Origin: Dehalococcoidia bacterium
GTDB lineage: Bacteria; Chloroflexota; Dehalococcoidia; Lucifugimonadales; Lucifugimonadaceae
Direction of reading: 5' to 3'
DNA length: 64,000 nt
Assembly: GCA_045562755.1 (NCBI GenBank)
Contig: JBJKVF010000001.1
Location: forward strand, 46,715-110,714
Shown here: positions 47,038 to 56,350 of the stretch, one piece after another
How positions within the stretch are numbered: position 1 is the first letter of the stretch
Layout: each line of letters opens with the position of its first letter
Program-made: the position numbers and the translations under genes
The notes under the pieces: model-generated
What the model saw: the letters and a program-made list of their open reading frames with translations, nothing else
Databases searched by the model: none
What the model was told of the DNA's origin: nothing

Positions 47038-47445
47038 ATGTTTGAAGAATATTTTAGACAATATGCAATTCTTATAATTTTTACTTTAGTCGCTACCACA
47101 GTGCCTATTGGAATGTTAGCTATTAGCTATTTTGCTCAATTTATAAATGTTAGGCCGTCACGACCTTCTGATGTAAAACTTACGGCCTATGAAGGTGGTA
47201 TGCTACCATTTGAAGAACGCCCAGAAAAATTTAACTTTAAGTATTACTATTATGCAATTTTATTTGTTGTTTTTGATGTTGAAGCTGTTTTTCTTTTTCC
47301 TTGGGCTGTAAAGTATGGAATACTGACTAAACAGTTTGGCTTTGTTGCTTTATTAGCAGCAATTATATTTATGATTGTTGCAACTTTTGGATATTTATAT
47401 GCTTGGAGAAAGAAAAATTTAGATTGGGTTTATAATGAACGATAA
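47038..47445 (+). CDS. nuoA: NADH-quinone oxidoreductase subunit A
   Basis: A 3-TM protein with the YECG-like motif YEGG and [12 protein letters not shown]. Confidence 0.88.
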   Translation: MFEEYFRQYAILIIFTLVATTVPIGMLAISYFAQFINVRPSRPSDVKLTAYEGGMLPFEERPEKFNFKYYYYAILFVVFDVEAVFLFPWAVKYGILTKQFGFVALLAAIIFMIVATFGYLYAWRKKNLDWVYNER

Positions 47446-48091
47446 TAATAAGAAAAATAATGCCTACGGTTTGCCTATTTTAGACTCTACAGATAGAGGA
47501 ATACTTGAATCTATGACAAGTGAGATGGATCAGAATGAAGGTGAAGCAGTAAATTCTATGAAGTCTACTCACTTAGAGCCTTTTCCTGATCCTGTTCTGG
47601 AAGTTCCAAGTGATTTAAAAAGAAATATTATTGTAAGTTCCATTGACTCTTTACTTAACTGGGCAAGAAAATCATCAGTTTTTCCACTTCAATCTGGCCT
47701 TGCATGTTGTTCTTTTGAAATGATAGGTACAGCTATGGCTAGATTTGATATTTCCAGATTTGGAATGGAAGCTTTTAGGGCGTCACCAAGGCAAGCAGAT
47801 TTATTGATAGTTGCTGGTACTCTAACTTGGAAAATGGCAGTACCATTACGTAGGCTTTATGATCAAATGTCATCACCCAAATGGGTAATATCAATGGGAG
47901 TTTGTGCAACTTCTGGTGGTCCCTATTATCAAAGCTATTCTGTTGTGCCAGGCGTAAATCATATAATGCCTGTTGATGTATATGTTCCAGGATGTCCTCC
48001 AAGACCAGATGCTTTGTTATTTGGAATAATGCAACTTCATGACAAAATTCGCAAATATAGCCTAGTAGGAAAAGTAGCTGGTCAAGAATGA
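47435..48091 (+). CDS. nuoB: NADH-quinone oxidoreductase subunit B (with a roughly 60-aa N-terminal extension)
   Basis: N2-cluster motifs [19 protein letters not shown] and VPGCPPRP. Confidence 0.92.
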   Translation: MNDNNKKNNAYGLPILDSTDRGILESMTSEMDQNEGEAVNSMKSTHLEPFPDPVLEVPSDLKRNIIVSSIDSLLNWARKSSVFPLQSGLACCSFEMIGTAMARFDISRFGMEAFRASPRQADLLIVAGTLTWKMAVPLRRLYDQMSSPKWVISMGVCATSGGPYYQSYSVVPGVNHIMPVDVYVPGCPPRPDALLFGIMQLHDKIRKYSLVGKVAGQE

Positions 48092-48570
48092 TTCAAGAAT
48101 GGCGAGGAGATTATCTAGCAGAAAAAATAGAATTAAAAATAAAAAATTCTATAGAAAAATTTGATGATAAATCAGTCTGGGTAAACCCTGGAAATCTGTA
48201 TGAAGTATGTAAGTTGCTAAATCAAGATCCACTCTTTGAATTTGATTTGTTGAACAGTTTGACATCAGTTGATTATATTGATCATTTTGAAGTCGTATAT
48301 CACTTCACCTCTATATCATATAGGTCATCATGCATTCTGAAATGCAAAGTTGGTTTTGGAAGAAATAATCCAGAACTAGATAGCGTAGTTGATATATGGA
48401 GAGGGGCAGACTATCAGGAAAGAGAAGTGTGGGATTTAATGGGCATCAAGTTTAATGGTCATCCAAATCTCAAAAGAATAATGCTTTGGGATGGCTTTCC
48501 TGGTCATCCATTAAGGAAAGATTTTGTTACTTATGATCAATCAATTGTAAATACAATGGGAGATGAATAA
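48088..48570 (+). CDS. nuoC: NADH-quinone oxidoreductase subunit C
   Basis: Motif [25 protein letters not shown]. Confidence 0.9.
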   Translation: MIQEWRGDYLAEKIELKIKNSIEKFDDKSVWVNPGNLYEVCKLLNQDPLFEFDLLNSLTSVDYIDHFEVVYHFTSISYRSSCILKCKVGFGRNNPELDSVVDIWRGADYQEREVWDLMGIKFNGHPNLKRIMLWDGFPGHPLRKDFVTYDQSIVNTMGDE

Positions 48571-49682
48571 TGTCTCTTGAAACTAGGCCGGTAACTGTAA
48601 ATCTTGGTCCTCAGCACCCTTCTACGCATGGGGTATTCAGAATGAGGGTAACTTTTGATGGTGAGGAAATTGTGGATGTGGAACCTGTGTTTGGTTACCT
48701 ACACAGAGGTTCTGAGAAGCTAGCAGAAGAAAGAACTTATTCACAGATTGTCACATTGACAGATAGAATGGATTATGTATCTTCAATGCTTAACAATCAA
48801 GCGTATATTTTATCGGTAGAAAAATTATGTCAAATTGTTCCTTCCCCCAGAGGAGTTTGGCTAAGGATGATAGCCTCAGAACTACAAAGAATTGCTAGTC
48901 ATTTTGTTGCAACAGGTTTTCTTTTACAAGATTTAGGCGCTTTAGGTACTCCACTAATATATTGTATGAGGGAAAGAGAGAATATTCTTGATTTATTTGA
49001 AATGTTGTGTGGGGCTCGAATAACTAATTCTTATCTTCGACCCGGCGGGGTATTTATGGATGCACCTGATGTATTTTGGCCTGCATTAGATCGCTCATTA
49101 GGGGATATTGAAAAAAGTATAGATGAGATTGAAGAGTATTTATCTGGTAACGAGATTGTTTTTTCTAGAACAAAAGGTACTGCTGTTCTATCATCAGAAT
49201 CTTTGGTAAATGCCTCGATAACTGGACCTATGTTGAGGGCCAGCGGAGTTGATTGGGATCTTCGCCACAGAAATCCCTACGATTATTATTCTGAGATAAA
49301 TTTTAAACGTATACTTCATACTGCCTCAGATAATTATGCAAGATACTGGATCAGGGTTCAAGAAATGAGAGAAAGCCTAAAAATTATTTCTCAATGCATA
49401 AAAAATATTGAACCTGGCCCAGTTAGACCCTCTTTTGATGATGTTCCAAGACTTATACGACCTGAACCTGGAGATTCATATGCTGCTATTGAAGGATCAA
49501 AAGGAGAGTTAGGCTTTTATCTTGTTAGTGATGGAGGTATTGCTCCTTACAGAATGCATGTTAGAGCGCCATCATTAATTAATCTAACTTTATTGAGAGA
49601 AATGCTGGTAGGAGAACTTTTTGGTGACTTGTTTGTAATTTTTGGTAGCGTAGATCTTAATATGGGTGAGGTTGATCGATAA
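48570..49682 (+). CDS. nuoD: NADH-quinone oxidoreductase subunit D
   Basis: Motifs NLGPQHPSTHGVFR, GYLHRGSEKL and RAPS..N. Confidence 0.93.
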   Translation: MSLETRPVTVNLGPQHPSTHGVFRMRVTFDGEEIVDVEPVFGYLHRGSEKLAEERTYSQIVTLTDRMDYVSSMLNNQAYILSVEKLCQIVPSPRGVWLRMIASELQRIASHFVATGFLLQDLGALGTPLIYCMRERENILDLFEMLCGARITNSYLRPGGVFMDAPDVFWPALDRSLGDIEKSIDEIEEYLSGNEIVFSRTKGTAVLSSESLVNASITGPMLRASGVDWDLRHRNPYDYYSEINFKRILHTASDNYARYWIRVQEMRESLKIISQCIKNIEPGPVRPSFDDVPRLIRPEPGDSYAAIEGSKGELGFYLVSDGGIAPYRMHVRAPSLINLTLLREMLVGELFGDLFVIFGSVDLNMGEVDR

Positions 49683-50959
49683 TGTCAAATTTATTAGTAG
49701 AAAATATGATATGGAGAAATATTTATTGTAATATTTCTACATATAGTAATGACTGCCTAGAAATGGGTTATAGCTTTGGATTATTACCTTCTGGTTTTGA
49801 GTGGTTAGCATTTATATTATCTTCCATTAGCATAGTCGGCTTATTTATTAATGGTGTACTAGGAGGAGTAATATTATTAATATGGGGAGAAAGAAGGCTG
49901 TTTGGTCGTTTTCAAAATCGCACTGGCCCAAATCGATGGGGGCCATATGGAATTTTGACACCTGTAGCCGATGCTATAAAAACTATGTTTAAGGAAGATA
50001 TTTTGCCTAAGGATGCTGATAGATTACTATATAATCTCGCTCCGATAATGGTGGTAGTTCCAGTACTGATAATTTTTTCAGTTATCCCAGTTGGATTAGG
50101 ATCATTTGTTGTAGATTTAAACGTTGGTATTTTATTTGTACTAGCTATTACTTCTATATCTTCATTATCAGTTTTAACAGCTGGATGGTCTTCAGGAAAT
50201 AGAATTGCAATACTGTCTTCTCTTAGATCTGTTGCATTGCTAATAAGTTATGAAATTCCTATGGGTTTAGCCGTGATCGGAGTCATAATGTTATCTGGAT
50301 CTTTGTCACTTGGGGATATCGTTGAATCACAACAAATTCCTTATATTTTAGTCCAGCCACTTGGATTCTTTGTTTTTTTTCTTGCAGCAATGGCTGAGAT
50401 GGCTAGAGCCCCTTTTGATCTTACGGAGGCCGAATCGGAGTTAGCAGCAGGGCATCTTAATGATTATTCAAGTATGAAATTCGCACTGTTTTTTTTAGGT
50501 GAATTTATGGCTGAATTAGCGACTGCTGCAATAGTTACTACATTATTTTTAGCGGGTTGGAAAGGTCCAGGCTTCATTCCAACAGAGTTTTGGTTCGGAG
50601 CAAAATTAGTTTTTGTTTTATTTCTTATTGTTTGGTTTAGAATGACTTTGCCAAGACTAAGAATTGATCAAGTATTACAATTTGCTTGGAAAGGCCTATT
50701 TGAACTAACAATGATAAATATCATAATTACAGCTATTTTTATTTTTATTTTTCCAGATCCTGGTTTGAGAGAGTTGATACTACTAGGAATAATTAATTGG
50801 CCGATAGCTATATTTTCTATATGGGGTATTTCAAAGATTTTGGGTACAAAAAATTATGAAAATATTGAATCTTTAAAAAATGAGAATGCATATCCGTACT
50901 CTTTCAAGACTCTTCCTTCTGTATACACCCATCAAGAAACCAAGGAGGATAATAAATGA
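49682..50959 (+). CDS. nuoH: NADH-quinone oxidoreductase subunit H (with N- and C-terminal extensions)
   Basis: Motifs GERRLFGRFQNRTGPNRWGPYG and PFDLTEAESEL. The TAATG junction with nuoD shows that no genes are missing between D and H. Confidence 0.92.
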   Translation: MSNLLVENMIWRNIYCNISTYSNDCLEMGYSFGLLPSGFEWLAFILSSISIVGLFINGVLGGVILLIWGERRLFGRFQNRTGPNRWGPYGILTPVADAIKTMFKEDILPKDADRLLYNLAPIMVVVPVLIIFSVIPVGLGSFVVDLNVGILFVLAITSISSLSVLTAGWSSGNRIAILSSLRSVALLISYEIPMGLAVIGVIMLSGSLSLGDIVESQQIPYILVQPLGFFVFFLAAMAEMARAPFDLTEAESELAAGHLNDYSSMKFALFFLGEFMAELATAAIVTTLFLAGWKGPGFIPTEFWFGAKLVFVLFLIVWFRMTLPRLRIDQVLQFAWKGLFELTMINIIITAIFIFIFPDPGLRELILLGIINWPIAIFSIWGISKILGTKNYENIESLKNENAYPYSFKTLPSVYTHQETKEDNK

Positions 50960-51621
50960 TTGGTAAAGGAATCCCAAAAGGTTTTATTGTAACTCTAAAA
51001 AACTTTTTTAGAACTCCAGTCACAGTTCAATATCCAGATAGAAAAGTGAGTTTATTTGAATATGCAAAAATTAAAAATATTAATATTTTTAATTTGATTT
51101 TTTCTCAACCAAAGTTATCAATAAAAATTTCTTTGGGGTTGGTTACGATTCCAGCTAATGTGGAACAATCTCAGAGATTTAGGGGTAATGAATTCACATT
51201 TTTTGAGGAAAGGTGTACTGTTTGTGCAAGTTGTGCTAAATATTGTCCTTTAGGCATCATTGAAATTGTAAGTGTGCCTGGTGGATTCGATGCTCAAGAA
51301 GGTGAAAGTTATAAACTAGAAGTTTTTGATATTGACATTGGAAGATGTATGTTTTGTGGTTTATGTGTAGAGGCTTGTCCTTATGATGCTTTACATATGG
51401 GCACAAAATTCGAAAAATCTACATATGTACGTGATAACTTGATAATTACAAAGGAAAAATTAGCTGAATCAGAAAAGTCACCAAGTTCATTTTATCGTCC
51501 TCAATTTGAGAAAAATAATTTTGATCCCTACAAAGAAAATATTGATGATCATTATGAGGCAGGTCGTCATGAAAAGCCCGAATATAAAGAACTTAAGGAA
51601 AAATGGGTGGATGATCGATGA
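50956..51621 (+). CDS. nuoI: NADH-quinone oxidoreductase subunit I (with an internal insertion)
   Basis: Two 4Fe-4S motifs, CTVCASCAKYCP and CMFCGLCVEACP. About 43 aa separate YPDRK from RFRG. Confidence 0.9.
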   Translation: MIGKGIPKGFIVTLKNFFRTPVTVQYPDRKVSLFEYAKIKNINIFNLIFSQPKLSIKISLGLVTIPANVEQSQRFRGNEFTFFEERCTVCASCAKYCPLGIIEIVSVPGGFDAQEGESYKLEVFDIDIGRCMFCGLCVEACPYDALHMGTKFEKSTYVRDNLIITKEKLAESEKSPSSFYRPQFEKNNFDPYKENIDDHYEAGRHEKPEYKELKEKWVDDR

Positions 51622-52253
51622 TTGAAAATAATTTATTTATCGATGTTATATTTTATATATTGTCAACAATTATAATTTGCTTATCATTATTAGTAATATT
51701 CATCCGAGACATTTTCAGAGCTTCAATAGCGCTTGCTGGAACTTTTCTTAATATTGCTATTATTTATTTTATGCTTAATGCAGAATTTATAGGAACGGTA
51801 CAAATTTTAGTCTATGTTGGTGCAATTTCTGTTTTAATGGCTTTTGCTGTTATGTTTTTGAGAAGCTTATCTCAATCTGCTAAACCATCATCTTATCGAC
51901 CATTCAGTTTTTTTATTTCAGTTCTAATTTTTATTAGCTTTGTAATAGGTATTTATAATACTGAATGGGAGCAAATTAATAATGTGAATGATGAAAAAAT
52001 TATTGAAGTATTATCTGAAAAATATTACGAATTAGGACATGGTGAGCAAATTTATATTACGAATGATCTATCCGATTCTGGGCTTCTGGAAATAGAAAAT
52101 AAAGGAGTTTTTATTGATTCAACTTCAGTTATTGGTACATTTTTGGTTCAAGAATATCTATTAGCATTTCAAATTGTTGGTTTAATTCTAGTGGTGGGAG
52201 TTGTTGGCGGATTGATAATAATGAAGGAACCTTATGAGGATGGTAATTTATGA
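51618..52253 (+). CDS. nuoJ: NADH-quinone oxidoreductase subunit J
   Basis: Its position in the operon, its TM pattern, and the motif VQILVYVGAISVLMAFAVM. Confidence 0.85.
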   Translation: MIENNLFIDVIFYILSTIIICLSLLVIFIRDIFRASIALAGTFLNIAIIYFMLNAEFIGTVQILVYVGAISVLMAFAVMFLRSLSQSAKPSSYRPFSFFISVLIFISFVIGIYNTEWEQINNVNDEKIIEVLSEKYYELGHGEQIYITNDLSDSGLLEIENKGVFIDSTSVIGTFLVQEYLLAFQIVGLILVVGVVGGLIIMKEPYEDGNL

Positions 52254-52600
52254 TACTGGAAAACTTACTTATTCTTTCTGCAGCACTGTTTTCTATTGGA
52301 CTTTATGGAGTTCTTTCCAATAGAAATTTTATAAGTATAATTATGTCTTTAGAATTAATATTTAATTCATTAGTTATAGCGGCCATAGCATTTAGTAGGT
52401 TCATATTGCCATTTGGTCTTACAGATAATGAAGACATTCATGCTTCTACACTTAGGAATACTCTTTCAGGCCATATGTTTGGAATTTTCATTATTGCAGT
52501 AGCTGCTACTGAAGCTGCTCTCGCTTTAGCACTTGTTTTTGCTCTTTCAAGAGTTAACAAAAATATTCAAATAGAAAACGTATCAGAGATGAGGGAATAA
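52250..52600 (+). CDS. nuoK: NADH-quinone oxidoreductase subunit K
   Basis: A 3-TM protein with SLELIFNS and TEAALALALV motifs. It has an extended TM2-TM3 loop. Confidence 0.85.
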   Translation: MILENLLILSAALFSIGLYGVLSNRNFISIIMSLELIFNSLVIAAIAFSRFILPFGLTDNEDIHASTLRNTLSGHMFGIFIIAVAATEAALALALVFALSRVNKNIQIENVSEMRE

Positions 52601-52602
52601 TT

Positions 52603-52797
52603 TTGTGGGTTGACTACAAAAAAGCAAATAATTTAATATCTGCTGAAATGTGGAAAGATTTATTTGAAGGAGAAGGATTGCCTTCAAAAATTTTACCTGT
52701 CAAAAATATTTTAGATTGGTCAGAAAATTCACAATTTAGAATATTGGTCCCTAAGGGCAGGGAACATGTTGCTGACGAAATTCTAAGGAAATTATGA
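52603..52797 (+). CDS. Small DUF2007-like protein encoded between nuoK and nuoL
   Basis: TTG start 2 nt after the nuoK stop; its stop lies 1 nt before the nuoL ATG. WVDYKKANNLISAEMWKDLFEGEGLPSKI...FRILVPKGREHVADEIL follows the DUF2007 pattern (WV.vy...n..eAe..k..Le.eGIp......v.VP....e.A.eiL). Confidence 0.6.
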   Translation: MWVDYKKANNLISAEMWKDLFEGEGLPSKILPVKNILDWSENSQFRILVPKGREHVADEILRKL

Positions 52798-52798
52798 A

Positions 52799-54805
52799 AT
52801 GAATTATGAGTTGTTATCTTATTTAGTAATTTTATTCCCTTTATTAAGTTTTGCTATAAATGGGTTTTTTATAAGAAAATTTTTTGGTCCTGCATCAATT
52901 TATGCTGGTTATACAACAATTTTTTCTATCTTGGTATCTTTCATTATATCTGTAATTATATTAGTAAAAATAATATCCAGTTCTGAGCAATTATTATTTG
53001 ACCCTATTAATTGGATAAGCATTTCTCATTTATACATATCATTTGGAATACTTCTTGATAATTTAACTATAGTTATGATGGTCATTATTACATCTGTAAG
53101 TTTACTTGTTCAAATTTATGGATTATCTTACATGCATAAAGATAAAAGTATTACTAGATATTATACATATATGTCTTTATTTACTGCTTCAATGCTTGGC
53201 TTAGTTCTTTCAAAAAATATAGTTCAGTTATTTGTTTTTTGGGAACTAGTTGGTGTCTCATCTTATCTACTTATAGGTTTTTGGATGAATAGGCCATCAG
53301 CTGCTGACGCAGCAAAAAAAGCATTTATAATGACTCGCTTTGGTGATTTTGGTTTCTTATTTGGAATTTTATATCTATTTTCAATCAATCCTTCCTATCT
53401 CGATATTAATACACTTTATACTGCAATATCTAATGGAGAAATTTCAAGTTATTCTGCCACTATAGTATCTGTAGGTTTACTGATAGGTGCCATAGGAAAG
53501 TCAGCACAATTTCCCTTGCACACATGGTTGCCTGATGCTATGGAAGGTCCCACTTCAGTATCAGCATTAATTCATTCAGCAACAATGGTAACGGCAGGAG
53601 TATTTTTAATTGCTAGATTTTTCCCATTGTTTGACCTGTCAAATGTAATGATTTTTCTTGCATTATTAGGTGCAATCACATCTGTTTTTGCAGCATCGAT
53701 GGGACTATTAGCTGATGATATAAAAAAGGTGCTTGCTTATTCGACAATTAGTCAGTTAGGTTACATGATGTTAGCTTTAGGTATAGGTGCTTATGCTCCT
53801 GCCTTGTTTCATCTTTTTACTCATGCGTTTTTTAAGGCATGTTTATTTCTTGGAGCAGGATCCGTTCATCGTGCTTCTGGAACTTTTAATATGAAGTTTA
53901 TGGGTGGAATGAGAAAAATTATGCCAATTACATACATATCAATGATTGTTTCAAGTTTGAGTCTAGCTGGAATTTTTCCTCTCTCAGGCTTTTGGTCTAA
54001 GGATGAAATATTAGCTCATGCAGCTCATCAAGAAAATTTTCTTGGGTATATTGTTTTATTATTTGGACTGATTGCGGCATTCATGACAGCATTTTATATG
54101 TTTAGAGCTATATTTTTAATTTTTCATGGTGAATGGAAAGGCGGAGGAGAAGCTGAAGAAAAAGAATTAATCCAGAATAATCAAGAAGTACATCCTACTA
54201 TTGTAAAGTCTCATTTAGAGGAGTCACCAAATTTTATGATTTATCCGATGTTAATACTTGGAGGATTAGCAATTATTATTGGCTTTATAGTTAATCCATT
54301 GATAGATTTATTTATCATTGAAAAACATGCTTTTGCTCATTTTATAACTGACAATTATGATGTTTTTCAAGGTGATAAAGCAAAAATATACAAGGCTGGA
54401 GGATCACCAAAATTTGATGTTATTATAGCATTGATATCCTCTGTAATTGCTTTAGGTGCTATTTGGTTGGCTTATCTTATTTATGTCAAACAAAAAAATA
54501 TATCATTGCAGAAACATATAAGTAATGGAATTATTTACAGAATATTAAAAAATAAATATTATTTAGATTATATCTATGAAGATATAATAGTTAGGAAATT
54601 ATTTTATAAAAAGCTTTCATTTTTTTTGATATGGCTTGATGAAAATATAGATAATATTAACGTTCAAATCACTAATATTGTAAGCAGGTTCAGTAGAAGC
54701 ATCTTATTTTTACAAAATGGCCAAACACAGGTTTATGTATACGGAATGTTTTTAGGTATTTTATCTTTATTAATAATATTTTATTTGTCAGGAGGTTTAA
54801 TTTAA
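52799..54805 (+). CDS. nuoL: NADH-quinone oxidoreductase subunit L
   Basis: Mrp-antiporter-like core (FVFWELVGVSSYLLIGFW, GKSAQFPLHTWLPDAMEGPT) with a long C-terminal lateral-helix region. Length 668 aa. Confidence 0.92.
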   Translation: MNYELLSYLVILFPLLSFAINGFFIRKFFGPASIYAGYTTIFSILVSFIISVIILVKIISSSEQLLFDPINWISISHLYISFGILLDNLTIVMMVIITSVSLLVQIYGLSYMHKDKSITRYYTYMSLFTASMLGLVLSKNIVQLFVFWELVGVSSYLLIGFWMNRPSAADAAKKAFIMTRFGDFGFLFGILYLFSINPSYLDINTLYTAISNGEISSYSATIVSVGLLIGAIGKSAQFPLHTWLPDAMEGPTSVSALIHSATMVTAGVFLIARFFPLFDLSNVMIFLALLGAITSVFAASMGLLADDIKKVLAYSTISQLGYMMLALGIGAYAPALFHLFTHAFFKACLFLGAGSVHRASGTFNMKFMGGMRKIMPITYISMIVSSLSLAGIFPLSGFWSKDEILAHAAHQENFLGYIVLLFGLIAAFMTAFYMFRAIFLIFHGEWKGGGEAEEKELIQNNQEVHPTIVKSHLEESPNFMIYPMLILGGLAIIIGFIVNPLIDLFIIEKHAFAHFITDNYDVFQGDKAKIYKAGGSPKFDVIIALISSVIALGAIWLAYLIYVKQKNISLQKHISNGIIYRILKNKYYLDYIYEDIIVRKLFYKKLSFFLIWLDENIDNINVQITNIVSRFSRSILFLQNGQTQVYVYGMFLGILSLLIIFYLSGGLI

Positions 54806-56350
54806 TTGTTTGATGGTATTATTTCACTTACTATTTTCCTTCCAGCAATATCTGCTGTAATAATTTTATTTTTTTTGAAAAATAAAAATACTATACGTTA
54901 TTTTGCAAATTTTACAACTGGTATAGTTTTTATTTTTTCATTATTGATATTCTTTAGTTACGATACTGATTTATCTGGTTTTCAGATGATAGATTATTTT
55001 GAAAGGTGGATTCCTTTTGAATATTTAAGATCATCATATATTGTTGGAGTAGATGGGCTTAGTGCGCCTCTTGTCCTATTGACTGGTATTCTAGGTTTTG
55101 TATCAACATTAGCATCAATAAGAGTAGAAAAAAGAGTTAAGGAGTACCATATTTGGTTGCTAGTACTTATATCATCAGTTTTTGGTGTATTTGTTTCATT
55201 AGATCTTTTGCTATTTTTTATATTTTTTGAGTTTGAGTTAATTCCTATGTATATGCTGATTTCAATATGGGGATCTGGCAGACCAAAGTATTCAGCTATG
55301 AAATTTGTTCTTTTCACACTTTTTGGTGGTGCTTTGATGTTGATTGGTATTTTATCAATATATATGTCTCCTGACATAGGTACTTTAATGATGGTATCTA
55401 TACCAGAACTTGGCTTAGTTGGAATTCCTGAATTAATTAAATATTCAAATTTACTTATTCCAGCTTCTTTTGTTTTTTTCTTATTTTTTATAGCATTTTC
55501 AATAAAATTACCCTCATGGCCTTTGCATAGTTGGTTGCCAGATGCTCATACAGATGCTCCAACTGCTGTTTCAGTTATGCTTGCTGGTGTATTGCTAAAA
55601 ATGGCAGGCTATGGCCTCATAAGGATAAATATAGGTTTTTTTCAGAATACCAAAGGATTTACTATATACGATGTTTCGCTGTACATATCAATTTTAGCTG
55701 CAATTTCAGTTGTATATGGTGGGATTATAACTGTAAGACAAACAGATATGAAAAGATTAATAGCATTTAGTTCAATTAGTCATATGGGTTTTGTAATGTT
55801 GGGAGTTTCAGCTATCGGTCAATCAAGTATAAACACCTCCATTGCTGGTATTAATGGTGCAGCTTTACAAATGTTTACTCACGGAACAATAACTGGACTT
55901 GCTTTCTTGATGGTGGGTTATACTTATGAAAGAACTCATACAAGGCACATACCACACCTTGGTGGATTGTGGCATAAGATACCGATAATAGCAATTTTCT
56001 TTTTTATATCTGGTTTTGCATCACTAGGATTGCCTATGTTATCGGGTTTTGTATCAGAAATAATGATTTTTCTTGCAACTTATAAAATTTGGCCTGTAGC
56101 AACAATTGTATCTGCTTTTGGAGTAGTATTAGCTGCGGGGTATATTTTGTGGATGATACAAAGAATATTTTTTGGGGTCAAGCCTCCAGATGAAATTTTT
56201 TCTGATGATGTTTATAACCAAATTCATGATGTAAAAAGGTTTGATTTACTACCAATTTTATTATTGGCTATTCCAGTATTTTTAGTAGGAGTTTGGCCTT
56301 CGTTTCTGACTGATATTATAAATCTTGGAATCGAGGGAATTATTAGATGA
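54806..56350 (+). CDS. nuoM: NADH-quinone oxidoreductase subunit M
   Basis: TTG start directly after the nuoL stop. Motifs FFEFELIPMY and KLPSWPLHSWLPDAHTDAPT. Confidence 0.9.
   Translation: MFDGIISLTIFLPAISAVIILFFLKNKNTIRYFANFTTGIVFIFSLLIFFSYDTDLSGFQMIDYFERWIPFEYLRSSYIVGVDGLSAPLVLLTGILGFVSTLASIRVEKRVKEYHIWLLVLISSVFGVFVSLDLLLFFIFFEFELIPMYMLISIWGSGRPKYSAMKFVLFTLFGGALMLIGILSIYMSPDIGTLMMVSIPELGLVGIPELIKYSNLLIPASFVFFLFFIAFSIKLPSWPLHSWLPDAHTDAPTAVSVMLAGVLLKMAGYGLIRINIGFFQNTKGFTIYDVSLYISILAAISVVYGGIITVRQTDMKRLIAFSSISHMGFVMLGVSAIGQSSINTSIAGINGAALQMFTHGTITGLAFLMVGYTYERTHTRHIPHLGGLWHKIPIIAIFFFISGFASLGLPMLSGFVSEIMIFLATYKIWPVATIVSAFGVVLAAGYILWMIQRIFFGVKPPDEIFSDDVYNQIHDVKRFDLLPILLLAIPVFLVGVWPSFLTDIINLGIEGIIR

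Noticed and set aside
49680-49684. The absence of nuoE/F/G as an assembly or window artefact.
   Set aside because: The nuoD stop and the nuoH start share TAATG, so nothing is missing at this junction.
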